From Mobula hypostoma (taxonomy: Eukaryota): a stretch of DNA of 64,000 bases. Below, in pieces: positions 24,208 through 36,920 of the stretch (its first letter is position 1; each line of letters starts with the position of its first letter). Position numbers and translations under genes: made by a program. Under the pieces are notes generated by a model, which searched no databases, had not been told where the DNA came from, and was given only the letters and a program-made list of their open reading frames with translations. The stretch lies in NCBI RefSeq assembly GCF_963921235.1, contig NC_086118.1, forward strand, positions 22,632,001-22,696,000. The letters are read 5' to 3'.

Positions 24208-26208
24208 ATAACAAGGCTATTGATATCTTAAGAAATAATTGTTGGCTGAATTTGGGACTTAAATCATGCCACGTCCGCTAAAAAGCTATACCAAAATGTT
24301 AACTTACCATATCGCTTCGTCTTCACATGTACTGTACTACAAATTGTTTTGTTGCAGATCTAACAATAAGCCAACTCAGATATTTAATTTGCTCAGAATT
24401 TAATATTTATTGTGGATCTAATGTTTTCTATTGCCATGAGTTACCTGAATCATGTCAAGATGGATCATTTTGTTTCAAGCTATTGAATAGCAATGCAGGA
24501 AATACTATGAATATATTGGCACAACGAATTATGTGCACAGACCTATGTATGTAAAGTAAATATTTGAATTAGGACTGTAATTTAGCCAGAAGAGTAAAAT
24601 GCTTTCAGTTTCAAATTGAGTAACCACTGATGTGTAACTGTCAAATTGTGCGATGATGATTTATAATTGCTTATAAATGTGCTTCATGAATAACAGCAAA
24701 ACAAGCTATGGATTGACTTTATCAGAATTCCAGTGAACCCTGGATAAAGTTTACTTGAATATATTACATTCAGTCAGTTCAAAATCGGTCATCTTAATTT
24801 ATGAGTGAATGTTTCCATTAGGATGCCAAAACATCAATTATACAGTCTTTTGAAAAATGACCAGAAAAAGCAGATGGATTGAACGGATTGAACGTTCATT
24901 TCATCACTATTAAAAGGATAATGATGAAATAGAATGGCTGCTGTGCCGATATACTGGCCATTAGCCATCAAAAATAACAGATGACATAAATTATGTGAGG
25001 ATATTAAAGACTGGATGATTTACACAAGTGTGAAGTTATTTTAGTAATGCATAAATAAAAAAAAACACTGGAAATAATTTAAGACTACGAGTCTGTATTG
25101 CTGATATCAGTAGAGGAAACCTAAATGCTTTCGTGGAACAGTTGTTTGATTGTTCGTCGTAGATGCTAACTCATGTAAAAGATTAGAATCAATGATACTG
25201 ACTATGTAGCTACCAAGCTGTCATGAAAACTCAACTAGTTCAAAATGCCTTTTGGGAAAAGAAATCTATCTCCATTACACAGTCTGTTCTACCAAGTGAC
25301 CTAGACCAATAAAGACTTTTAACTGATGGCCTACTCGGTCCAGTCAGCCACTCAGTTCCACCAAAGCATAATGAAAATATACATCGAGAACAGCATCATC
25401 CTGGCAGTCCAGCTTTAACCTAGGACATGACAAAAGCACTCCAGGGTAATAACTCCTGTGACATCCACAGTTTGGGATGCATTAGGACTACCAAGCTCCA
25501 GTCAACGTTTTGGTCTAAACTTAAATACAGGAATTGTGAATTTCAGTGAGCTAATCCGGGCTATCCTTGATAACAGTAGCATTTGACTGAATGTAGCATC
25601 AAGAAAACCCAAGTAAAACAAAAGACAATGGGCTTGGGGAGATGATCCACTAAGTGGAACAACAACTAAAACAACGAAATATATTTAGGATCTTTGAAGA
25701 GCACTCATTTAATTTTTGGAACATCATTCCAGGTATCTTTTGATGGATATCTAACCTTCTCCAACTTCTTCATTGATGGCCTTCATTATATTAAGAGTAG
25801 AGATGTTTGCTAGCATTTACAATTGTTCACAACTCCTCAATTAAAGAAGCAGCTTAAGCCTGCATTCAGCAAGATTTGAACAACGTTCAAGTTTGATCTG
25901 AAGTGTAGAAAAAAGCTTTCATACTATAATTGGCATCCCTAACAAGAGATATTCTCTAATGTGAAAAATCTGTTGGCTGAAAATTCTAAAAATGATGTGC
26001 TGGGTTTGAAATTAATGCAATATAACATGGACCAGTTCTGACTGTTCATTATATGTAATGCTATTTCTCTCAACTATTGCTAGCAAATTCCACATATTCT
26101 TGGTAAAATAAACACAAAATAATCTGCAGATGCTGTAAAAGATCAAAGCAACACTTTCAGTACGCTGGATGAACTCAGCAGGTCAGGCAGCATCAGTCAG
26201 AAACGATG

Positions 26209-26244
26209 AGTCGATGTTTTGGGCCGGAACCCTTCATCAGGACT
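26209..26244 (-). ncRNA. Degenerate minimal hammerhead motif
   Basis: Minus strand AGTC-CTGATGA-AGGG ttccgg CCC-AAAA-CATC-GACT; GAAA box mutated to AAAA, so probably inactive. Confidence 0.55.
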
Positions 26245-26451
26245 GAAGAATGAAAGATGGGGAAGGATTTGAAGAATGCTTGTAGCATCAGTTGATAGAC
26301 CAGTAATTTGAAAGACAAAGGGGTGGGGGAACGGAAGCATTGACGTCATAGCCCTGAAAACAATGAGTGGTAGAACAAGGAGGCGGAACCATGAGGGAGC
26401 TGGGGGAGGGGGTAGAGTGAAATAGGGATAGAGGAAGGGAGGGGGAGGGAA

Positions 26452-27545
26452 TTACTGGAAGTTAGAGAATTCTATGTTCATACCAAGGGGCTGGAGACTA
26501 CCTAGACGGTATATGAGGTGTTGCTCCTCCAACCTGAGTTTAGCCTCATTATGGCAGTAGAGGAGGCCATGTATGGACATATCGGAATGGGAAGCAGAGT
26601 TGAAGTGGGTGGCTACCGGGAGATCCTGTCTGTTGTGGCGGACAGAGTGGAGGTGCTTGATGAAGTGGCCCCCCAATCTGCGTCGGGTTTCACCAATGTA
26701 GAGGAGGCCGCACCGGGAGCACCAGATGCAATAGATGACCCCAACAGACTCACAAGTGAAGTGTTGTCTCACCTGGAAGGACTGTTTGGGGCCCTGGTTG
26801 CAAGTGATGAGGTGTAGAGACACTTACGCTTACAGGGATAAGTGCCAGGTGGGAGATCAGTGGGGATGGACGTGTGGATAAGGGAGTCGCAGAGGGACCG
26901 ATCCCTGCGGAAAGCGGAGAGGGGTGGAAAGGGAAAGATGTGCTTAGTGGTGGGGTCCTGTTGAAGGTGGCGGAAGTTGTGGAGGATAATGTGCTAGATC
27001 CGGAGGCTGGTGGGGTGGTAGGTAAGGACAAGGGGAACTCTGACCCTGTTGTGGTTGGGGGAGGATGGGGTGAGGGCCGAAGTGCGGGAAATGGAGGAGA
27101 TGTGGGTGAGGGCATCATTGATGACGGTAGAAGGGAAACGACGATCCTTAAAGAAAGACGACATTTGAGATGTCCTGGAATAGAAAGCCTCATCCTCGGA
27201 GCAGTTGCGACAGAGACGGAGGAACTGGGAATAGGGAATGGCATTTTTGCATGTGGCGGGGTGGGAAGAGGTATAGTCGAGGTAGTTATGAGAGTCAGTG
27301 AGCTTATAGAAGATGTTGGTGGACAGTCTGTCTCCAGAGATGGAGACCGAGATATCGAGAAAGGGGAGAGAAGTGTCCGAGATAGGGTAAGTGAATTTGA
27401 GGGATGGGTGGAAGTTTGAGGTAAAGTCGATGAAATTGACGAGCTCAGCATGGGTGCAGGAAGCAGCACCAATGTAGTCGTCAATGTACCGAAGGAAAAG
27501 TTGGGGAGCAGTACCAGAATAGGTCTGGAGTACAGACTGTTCCAC
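26452..27545 (-). pseudogene. Penelope RT/GIY-YIG polyprotein fragment (one stop at 26994, frameshift near 26820)
   Basis: ORFs 26994-27545 (183 aa) and 26452-26823 (123 aa). Confidence 0.9.
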
Positions 27546-28207
27546 AGAATTCCTTATTAGATTTTTCAGATACTACCCTGTATATATGGTCTTGATTTTG
27601 GATATATCATTAAATTGGGAACTCAGCCAGAAATTCATTTGGCCAACATCAGAGAAGTCAATGTTTTGCAAAGAAAAATTGCATTAACTAACATTAACCA
27701 AATTTGCATATGTTTCTGGGAGTGTTGACACCAATCATTAATATCATTGCAACACACATCTGCAGAATCCCTTGTGGTTATTAATATCATTGGGTGTTTT
27801 GTGCAAGACTTTCTTGTTCCCTGGTACTGTTTTAACAGCATCCATCTTGCTCAAATGTCTTCAGTAATGGTACAGTCATGAAAGTTCATTTCTAGTGAAA
27901 TTAACAGCCTCACTGGTCTGAATAAAACCAGTGGCATTGTCTCACTGAAGAACTAGTTTTTACCAATGCCAAACGCTTAAACTGAATAGTATTTAAAGAA
28001 TCAAGCCCCTGTCTCTGCAATCTTTTGCAGACTGCTACATGGCTATCAGCAAAATAAATGCCAAGTGAGACCCAAGTTACACCCCACCTGTAGTTCCAAA
28101 TTATTTTGCCAGATATTCCAGAGGAAGTCCACACAAATAGAGAAATGGTTACATATTCGTCAGATTAGAAATGAGTTTTAAAAAAAGAGAACAAAAGAAG
28201 AGGCACC

Positions 28208-28436
28208 TGATATGCTTTGTAACTCCAGAATTTATTTGAAAGAAAACATGGGAGCCAGAAAATTGTGTCTACTTAGTTGTTCTTTTCATTAGTGAGATAC
28301 ATACATATGATATGATGGCATAGTGATGTATGCCATCCATGTACTCCTTACATATCACCGACAATGAATGATGTAAACAACAAAGGATGCTTAATCAAAC
28401 AATATATTTACAATGATACTGAAATATTAAATACTC
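28208..28436 (-). mobile_element. Possible decayed solo LTR
   Basis: Minus strand ends ...AATAAA...GCATATCA and resembles Gypsy-type LTRs I recall from fish genomes; no clear TG start or TSD. Confidence 0.3.
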
Positions 28437-31400
28437 TTCTGCAACTTTTCTCACAACATTGCTCTTGGGAAATAGTCCTCAAAGACTCACAGCACAAAAC
28501 ACGTGTATCAGTTTGATACTTGAGTTTGTCTGTGACCTCAGAAGACCTTAAGTACAAACTAGCGTGTGCCTGCTCCAGGCAATGTCTGCTGAACTCTGCC
28601 ACATATGACTCTTTACTGCTAACAGCTGCATTGCCGAATCTAAAAACTGAAATGGAAGTTTATTGTTGAATTCAGTTTTGTTCTTCCTTTCACCTTTCTG
28701 ATGACTTCTTGCCGCAAGAGCTTTATGAACAAGGAATTTATGTCTTGCATGTGCTGATCTTCTAAAACTTGTGCAGGTTCCTTGATACCCTGGGAGCATT
28801 CTCCCTGTCCCCCACCCCCTCCACTGCAACATACAAGTTATTCCTTGCCTGCTCTCCTGAGCAACTAACAGATTGGCTGATTATATTCTGGTGTGATTCT
28901 TTAACAGGCAATTCCTGAGGTTAGAACTTCTGCTAATACAAGAAATTTCACCCCTAATGCGCAAAGCTCCTGAAATAAAAGAACATTACACAGGGCTGCC
29001 TGCTGGTGCTGTTTTGCAACAGATGCCTATGGACTTCTGAATTTTGACTTTTCTTGTGTTTCTTAAAAAAGCATTAGGGAGTTTGCTCCTGTCATTTCAG
29101 TGATGTGAAATGGTGCAGATTCATTTCTATGCCATCATCTCCTTTTCAACTCTATTGAAAACATTGAGAAGAGAACAATGTCTAATGTTTCTTCCTCTAT
29201 GTCACAAATACAGCCATCCATTAAATTACCTTCACCTTGTTCATCTGTTGCATGTTTTTCTGCAATATTCCCTCTGACAGAGGATGGAATTCTGATTCCT
29301 TGGAGATTCTTCCCAAAAGTTTTCATATTGAATCATTATTAAGTCCTTATAAAGTTTCTGCGAAAGCACAATTTACATTTTATTCATTTCAGCAAGAAGT
29401 CTCATCTTCTGTTTGATGTCCTAAAGCTTCAACTTATCATCAGTAGGAATTCCTCATAATAATGTGGACTAACCATAAAAATGGAAAATATCTCACTTGC
29501 AAAACAAAGATAATGTCAGAAAGCATTGGATTTATGGTGCATTGCTCAGATCATATGAAGATCATTTTTAAGTATGGTGTAAAACTAATATTTCACCAAT
29601 CTCTTCCTTCTGTTCTTGTCCTTCCTTGATGGGTGAGGTTAAAGTTACTTCCTGCATAACACCTAATATTTCACCATCTTTAGCAGATTGAAGTTGACAT
29701 TGTCCAATCTTAACAACTTATGTATGTAAGATCAAATGGATAGAGTGCAACAATTCTACCCAAAACTTACCCATTGCCAATGCAGTTTCTAAATGGTGTG
29801 ATAGTTTGTTTATTAGATGTTTGTTTATTACTCACACTTCAAAACACTGAGGCCTCCCATTATTTGTAGTTTGCAAATAATAGGACACATTTTTAATGAA
29901 TAAAGAACTTATCAGTTGAATATAATGGTGCCCAAAATGATGTTTAACGTGAGGGTACATTTGATCCTCACTAATTTTGTGTGAGGCGTCTGACAGCGAA
30001 ATTATATCATGCATGAGAGCACAATAGAATAGGCTTTGCACATTTTCACCATGGAAAGGACTCTCCTCCATTAACTCCATGATTGTGGAATAAACAGAAG
30101 AAACTGGTTGGGTGATGTTTTGGGGACTGTAGAATGGACTTTAGAGAACAAATTAGAAGACATTTGGAAAGAAAGAATTGGGCTAGAGGGGGGAAATCTG
30201 ACATCAAACTCAAACAAAGGATCTATGGATATTGGCAGATATGGGATTTTAAGGCAGAGGACAGATGGTCATAGACAGATGCATCACAGGTGGGCCTATG
30301 AAGGGGAAACAAATGGCAAAGTGAATCAGATTGGATTCAATCAGAGATTTGCAATTGAGAAATGGCAGAAGGGCAAACAGATGAAGGTGGGAGTAGGTGA
30401 TTGTATAATATGCAAACAGACTTTGTAGCCCAAAACTTCGGTATCTAGCAATTAGCTACACCAATCGCATTCTCTTTTCTCTCTCATCTCTCTCCTGCTA
30501 CTCACATCAATCAGGGATCACTGGTAGTTTCCAGTTAACCTACCAGCAGCTTACCTTTGGGAATAAGGGAAGAAGTGTATAATCCAGGAAAAATCTATGT
30601 AGACACGGAGGAAATGTAGAACCTCCAGATACTGTAAAAGCCTTTGAAAAAGTTGGTGTTGAGGCCAGTTAGCTATATTCTGCAACCAGAAAATGCATTC
30701 AACCGCAGTTTGTTAAAATTGACCAACAGGGCCATCATAAAACAAGGGTTCAAAAAGCAGACAGAGACTTAGTAGACATCTTTCAATTGAGGAAGTGCAA
30801 TAGCTTCTTTCTCTGTTATACTTTACTCTTCCATTTGAGTGATACCTTCAACAAATTAAATAATTACAAAGTATTTGTGCTATCGGGCAGAATTTTGAAT
30901 TGAAATCTTGGTGGTGCAGTGTGACACCTCAGCACCTCTTTTCATGCTAACTCAGTCTGCATAACTATACTTTGTTCCATTTTGTTATTTTGGGCTCATT
31001 GTTGTATTTATCAATATATCATGTATATCGTTTACCCTGTGATCTTCACACCAGCAACCCATTTCAATGAACCCTTCTGTATATGACTGAGCTGAATCTA
31101 AATCTGAACTTGATCTAGAACAGGTTTGATTATAGACCTGATCAAAGAGAAATGCACTTTAATGAGTGAGTTAAAAGAGCAATTGGAGTTGGGAGGGGGC
31201 GGTGATAACAATGCAAACCTAAGCTTAGTAACCAAGCAACCAAAATTAAGGTTAGAAATAAAATTACAGAACAATAGAGCTAGACAGCACAAAAAACAGG
31301 CCCATCAATCCGAAGCCAAACTCACCCCACTTACCAGCACTTGATATGTAGTCAGCTACACCTTAGCGATTCAAGTATACATCAGTAATGAAACACGAAT

Positions 31401-31544
31401 ATCAGGGTTGGAGAGATTTACAGAGATATAATTCTTGAGTCTGGAAAATGTGTTCAAATGGACAGGTTACATGATATAATGGCTAAAATATGCATATGCA
31501 ACTTCTGGCATTTTATATCTAAACTTCCCAGTACAAAGCTGGTA

Positions 31545-31800
31545 ATAATTTAGGGGTAACATGAGGGGGAACTTCTTTACTCAGAGTGGTAGCTGTGTGG
31601 AACGAGCTTCCAGCAGAAGTGGTTGAGGCAAGTTTGATGTTGTCGTTTAAAGTTAAATTGGATAGCTATATGGACAGGAAAGGAATGGAGGGTTATGGGC
31701 TGAGTGCAGGTTGGTGGGACTAGGTGAGAGTAAGAGTTTGGCATAGACTGGAAGGGCCAAGATGGCCCGTTTCCGTGCTGTAATTGTTATATGGTTATAA
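31545..31800 (+). mobile_element. CR1 LINE 3' fragment
   Basis: AACATGAGGGGGAACTTCTTTACTCAGAG...TGGAACGAGCTTCCAG and tail GGGCCAAGATGGCCCGTTTCCGTGCTGTA. Confidence 0.85.
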
Positions 31801-31819
31801 TAGTCGACAACCAGATTCC

Positions 31820-31930
31820 TCATCGGTGTTGCCGACTGAAGCGCTGCGGGAGATTGAAACATCGAGAAAATGAGTGTGGCTATCAGAGGCCTCTGCAATC
31901 AGATAACCTCTCTCTCCCTCCCTCCCCCCC

Positions 31931-31965
<35 letters not shown>

Positions 31966-32430
31966 ATGGTGCGAGACAGTCTGCTGATTCTCGAGTCGGG
32001 GAATGTCGAATAAGCGACGCTGCAGACTGTAACATTGAAACAGCGCGTTGTTGGCCTCCATCTAACTGCGGGAGGAGAAATGTCTCTCTCTCCCCTTTGT
32101 TACTGAGTGAGAGGGCCTGTTGAGATTTCAAAGTGCTGGGGTGGACAGTAGTTTTTTCATGGACTCCACATCATGGTCTTTGGGGGCTTGTTATTGCTTG
32201 CATGGTGGATGGTGAGGGAGCTGATGCTTTATGCTGGAACAAATCAGGGAGGGGGAGGGGAGGAGGGTTGATGCTTTGCTGCTACTTGTGTGTGGAAGTG
32301 GGAGGGGCTTTGGGGTTCTCAAGTTTTTCTGTCATTCATTCTTGGGGTTTTTTTTCTCTCTGTTTTGCAAAGAGTAAGGATTTCAGGTTGTTATACTGTA
32401 TGCATTCTCTGACATTAAACTGAACCATTG
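31820..32430 (+). mobile_element. Non-autonomous retroposon, copy 2 (contains (CT)n at about 31934-31961)
   Basis: Homologous to 23480-24010. Confidence 0.65.
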
Positions 32431-32439
32431 ATTTAATAT

Positions 32440-32654
32440 CAAACAACAGGAATTCTGCAGATGCTGGAAATTCAAGCAACACACATCAAAGTTGCTGGTG
32501 AACGCAGCAGGCCAAGCAGCATCTATAGGAAGAGGCGCAGTCGATGTTTCAGGCTGAGACCCTTCGTCAGGACTAACTGAAGGAAGAGTGAGTAAGGGAT
32601 CCCTTACTTGCCTGCTTGGCCTGCTGCGTTCACCAGCAACTTTGATATGTGTTG
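32440..32654. mobile_element. Short Penelope-like insertion with inverted terminus and hammerhead motif (minus strand, 32539-32574)
   Basis: Perfect 14-bp TSD CATTGATTTAATAT (32426-32439 / 32655-32668); about 43-bp inverted repeat; minus strand AGTC-CTGACGA-AGG gtctcag CCT-GAAA-CATC-GACT. Confidence 0.9.
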
Positions 32655-33796
32655 CATTGATTTAATATTCTCTTCACTGCCTAAAACAAATATGATATTA
32701 TCCCTTGTTCGGTTCAACTTTGATACTCTTCAATGAATTACGGCCCAAACCTTCGGCAAATTCTCAAATGGCATTCAATATTAAAATACTGGAAAGAGTG
32801 CAATCTTTGTATCCAGAGCAATACAGAAAGTCAAAAAGCATGCAAGCAGAGAAGATTGCAGAATATCACATTCTGAAAGCCTTGAGGTCTGTCAAGACAG
32901 GATGAACATATCAAATGAGAGTAGAAAACCATTAGGGCGAGAAGCAGTAATGATCTTTGACAATTGCACAGCATATCAGACAGTTTCAAATCTTTATGTT
33001 TTGGGAATACCTTCGAAGGTTTTCTTTACTTTCTTCGCTTCCATATCAATTACTAGCAAGAGGCATACATTATGAGCATGTAGATTTCTCTTGGCTGGTA
33101 AGTTTATCCCTCTAAAAAGCATGGATATGCGCTTTTTGTCCAGAGGATTATTTCAGAATCTCCATAATACTGGAAACCTCCCCTGCATTTCCATTAGCCA
33201 TTTGAACAAAAATCCAATTATTTACACTTCTGATCCAGTAACACTACCATTTAGTAGTGTCAAAGTGAATTAATTTTTGAGTTGTATAAGTATTCTTGCA
33301 AATGGTTTTCTGTTTTCTTAAACAAAATTAAATGGGAGGTAAAATTTGATCTTCCCTTGTGCCCTAATCTAACAAGCTGTATGCATGCATTAATGTCCAA
33401 TTTCCAAACCTACGTAGGTTCTCTTTTTGAATACTGATCCATATAGATATTAAGGGTTTTCTGCCAGGTTATAACTTTAAAGGCTCCAAAGTCTCCAAGG
33501 AAGTCTGTAGTGTCACTTGTTCAGCCTCTTTACATATAACTGTTCACATAAGATTTAAATATAAATTGCTTCACATTTGGCACTTTCCTTATTTTTGTAT
33601 GTGCTAGTGCTGTCAGATCACCCATATATCTTGATGCCAAACACTTAACATAACGCTCTTCGGCATAGACTTTGCTCATCTGCATTTACAATCATGTTCT
33701 TGGTGTATGAAAGATGCTGGAGACCAATATCACAGAGCTGAAGTTGGCAAACTCCGTAACCTGACATTTGTGAGAAGGATCAATTTTATGAAAATA

Positions 33797-34225
33797 CAGT
33801 GGATCCCCTTAATCGGGACACTTTGAAACCAGTACATTTTGGCCCAATTAAACAGCTGCCCCAATTAGCTGAAGTTTCATGGAAATAGTTAAAACAGTAT
33901 TTTTAAAAACAGACAAACTACTATTTAACTGAGTAACAAACCATGTATTTAAATTAAATACAGAACAAATGGGAACACTACTAATATTACTACAATACTA
34001 TAAAACTGTGTATTAGTTCCTAACAGTTATCTATGGAAGAATTCATCAGGAGTACGTAGCCATGCTCTTTTGGTTGACTGTAAATGAACAAAATCAGCAG
34101 ACACTAGTGCAGATAATGGGCTGCCTTCATGCAATGCTTTCAATGACCGCATCCTCCAATCTTCATTTTCATTGTAACATTCAAGGTGATTGTTGATAGC
34201 ATCAAATTCTTGAGTAGCTCAAATT
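33797..34225 (-). mobile_element. Tigger/pogo-like DNA transposon end fragment
   Basis: TA followed by CAGTGGATCCCCTTAATCGGGAC terminus; minus strand has an acidic transposase-like tail (EFDAINNHLECYNENED). Only one end visible. Confidence 0.5.
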
Positions 34226-34614
34226 GAAGCATTTGATGTAGCGGTGTTCGCCGAGCTTGGCAAACACTGCAATATCATATGGTGACATGTATATACTTTG
34301 ATAATGAATTTACATTGAACTTTGAGAGGGTTGTGTAACTGTTTTCAATAGTAATATTCAAAAAGGTATTGCATTTATACTTGAGAAGGAACATAATCAT
34401 ATCATGGAAGGAGGCGGTAAGAGTAATCAACTGATTAAGTCTCTCAAAGAGCACGTTAAATTGAATGGCCTTCTGCATAATTTTATAATTCATTTTGAAG
34501 CAGAGCATGGGGAGGCTTTTTATCCCAGGCATCTCAGAGCTCTCACACTCAATGGAACAAGGATCTCAGTAAAAAAAATAACAATTTGTCAATGTAGTAT
34601 AAAACAAGAACGTA

Positions 34615-35139
34615 CGAGGGATGATTGATAAGTTTGTGGCCTAAGGTAGAAGGAGTCAATTTTAGAAAACCTAGTACATTTATTTTTCAACATAGTCCCC
34701 TCCTACATTTACACACTTAGTCCAGCGGTTGTGGAGCATACGGATCCCTTCTTTGTAGAAGTCAGCGTCTTGGACCTCCAGGAAGTGGTCCACAGCAGGG
34801 GTGATTGATAAGTTCGTGGCCTAAGGTAGAAGGAGATGAATTATTAACTTCAAACTTTTTGCATAATCACTCAAAGAGTTGAACTGCACATGTTTGTAAC
34901 GAGAGCCGTATAACTCATCGCCTTCTACCTTAGGCCACGAACTTATCAATCACTCCTGCTGTGGACCACTTCCTGGACGTCCAAGACGCCGACTTCTACA
35001 AAGAAGGGATCCATATGCTCCACGACCGCTGGACTATGTGTGTAAATGTAGGAGGGGACTATGCTGAAAAATAAATGTGCTAGGTTTTCTAAAATTGACA
35101 CCTTCTACCTTAAGACACGAACTTATCAATCACCCCTCA
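34615..35139. mobile_element. Mariner-derived fold-back MITE
   Basis: TA then CGAGGG.TGATTGATAAGT TIR; about 230-bp inverted arms (34615-34844 / 34910-35139). 34958-35074 encodes AVDHFLDVQDADFYKEGIHMLHDRWTMCVNVGGDYAEK*, a mariner transposase C-terminus. Confidence 0.9.
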
Positions 35140-35356
35140 TCTCTAATATATTTAGTGGTGGAGTGGCAGAGCATTAACTGGGAACATGGGGGTTGGTTCA
35201 TGGAAAAATAGGAAGAAACCTAACTTTGTGCCCTTGAACAAAGTAAATGACTTGGCCATGGATTCTCTTTCTCCTCAGATTCTGTGAGTTCCGCTGGGCA
35301 ACGATTTGCTCAGACATCAAGTGAAGGCAATATGAGTAGCCTATGGTTTATCAACA

Positions 35357-35357
<1 letters not shown>

Positions 35358-35396
<39 letters not shown>

Positions 35397-35397
35397 T
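35358..35397. repeat. (GT)n microsatellite
   Basis: Directly visible dinucleotide run. Confidence 0.95.
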
Positions 35398-36407
35398 GAG
35401 TATACGTGTGTGTAATTGTGAAAGCACGTGCACACAAAGCAACACACAGTTAATAATTTTATACCATCTTGCATGCTGTTCAAGCATCTGCAGTTGGAAT
35501 CAAAGTCCCTTAGGGAGATCAAGCTGGCCACAACTGCTGCTCCTGACTGCCGGCCAGCACCTTTTTGATGCTGAGTGAAGTACGGATCAGTCTTGGCTGG
35601 GATAACTCCTCCTGATCCCGATCTGGTGCTCTAAATCCTGATTAGGGCTAGCAGAAAGTTCACCACACTGAGTTAAGAGCCCCCAAAAAAGGCAGGCTGA
35701 AGATTCTAACAGCTGTTATGTTTCTTCCCTGAATGACTATTTGAAAGTGGGAGGCATTTATGCCATTGAAGAAGCTCCTGAACATATCCACTGTACAAAA
35801 TGGAAAGAAACTACCTAACAATAGTGAAAATGTGAAAGAAATTGAATAATATATAGAACAGAACTGCAAAGGATTTACAAGAGTGAATTCAATGTGGAAT
35901 AAAACATAGATTGTATTAGTCACAGCTCAAACAAAAATAGAGCCAGATTTCAAACAGTGAGAGGTTATAATACACACCTAACCTTCTTGTTGGCACAGAC
36001 TCATAAATAGGTTTCAACAAACTGACTTGTGTAGCAGGGAAAATCAGTCCTTGTACTGCTTGCTTCTCAGCTTGATGTAATATTTATGTACCTTTGAATG
36101 GAGCTGAATGGTTTTGCCAGCAATTTGCACCATGTAAAGGGATTTTTTTTTCAAACTCTGGATAAACTTTCATGAAACCAATGAAAAATTTCAGCTAAAA
36201 TTCCTCCCTAATAATTCATGTTTTCTAAATATTTGCTTGTCTGGAGAAGAAGAAGTGGCTTGGTCCTTCAAGTCTTTGTGTCTTAGAGTGCTGGTGCTGG
36301 GTTCATGCTAACAGATTATTGTAATGAGCAAAAAAAATACTCTCTCCTGCCACAGCTGAGATACTAAAATAAATGAACGCACAATTCTGCAAATGTTGGA
36401 CAGTATA

Positions 36408-36920
36408 CACTCAGTGGCCACGTTGTTAGGTACCTCCTGTACCTAACAAAGTTGCCACTGCATGTACGTTCATGGTCTTCTGCTGAAGTAGCCCATCCAC
36501 TTCAAGGTTTGACGTGTTCTACATTCAGAGGGACTCTTTTCCACACCACTGTCGTAGTGTGTGATTATTTCAAATATAGTCACCTTCCTGGCAGCTTGAA
36601 CCTGTCTGTCCATTCTCCTCTGACCTCTCTTACTAACAAGGTGTTTATTTCCCCATGGAGCAGCTGCTCACTGAATTTTTTTTTTGCTTATCACTCCATT
36701 CTTTGTAAGTGCTAAGGGCTGTTGTTTCTGAGTTACTCAAACCACCCTGTCTGGCACCAATGGTCAAAGTCACTTAGATCACCTTTCTTCCCCATTCTGA
36801 TGTTTGATCGTAACAACAACTGAACCTCTTGACCATGGCTGAATGCTTTAATGCATTGACTTGCTGCCACATGATTGGCTGATTAGATAGTTGCATTAAC
36901 GCGCAGGTGGCCACTGAGTG
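36408..36920 (-). mobile_element. Tc1-family MITE (same family as 17581-18129, opposite orientation)
   Basis: TA|CACTCAGTGGCCAC ... GTGGCCACTGAGTG|TA; internal sequence is the reverse complement of the 17.6-kb copy. Confidence 0.88.

Larger units (their letters stand above)
26105..27547 (-). mobile_element. 5'-truncated Penelope-like retroelement (RT C-terminus, GIY-YIG endonuclease, pLTR)
   Basis: FLRYIDDYIG RT motif, then FLDI and IFYKLTDSHNYL. GVIYCIWCSRCGLLYIGETRRRL is the GIY-YIG motif. 3' terminus matches the other copies. Confidence 0.95.

Noticed and set aside
26750..27484. 244-aa S/P/T-rich ORF and 181-aa antisense ORF
   Set aside because: Alternative and antisense frames of the Penelope RT region.
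29135..29326. 63-aa minus-strand ORF in unique sequence
   Set aside because: No recognisable domain or splice context; length within chance.
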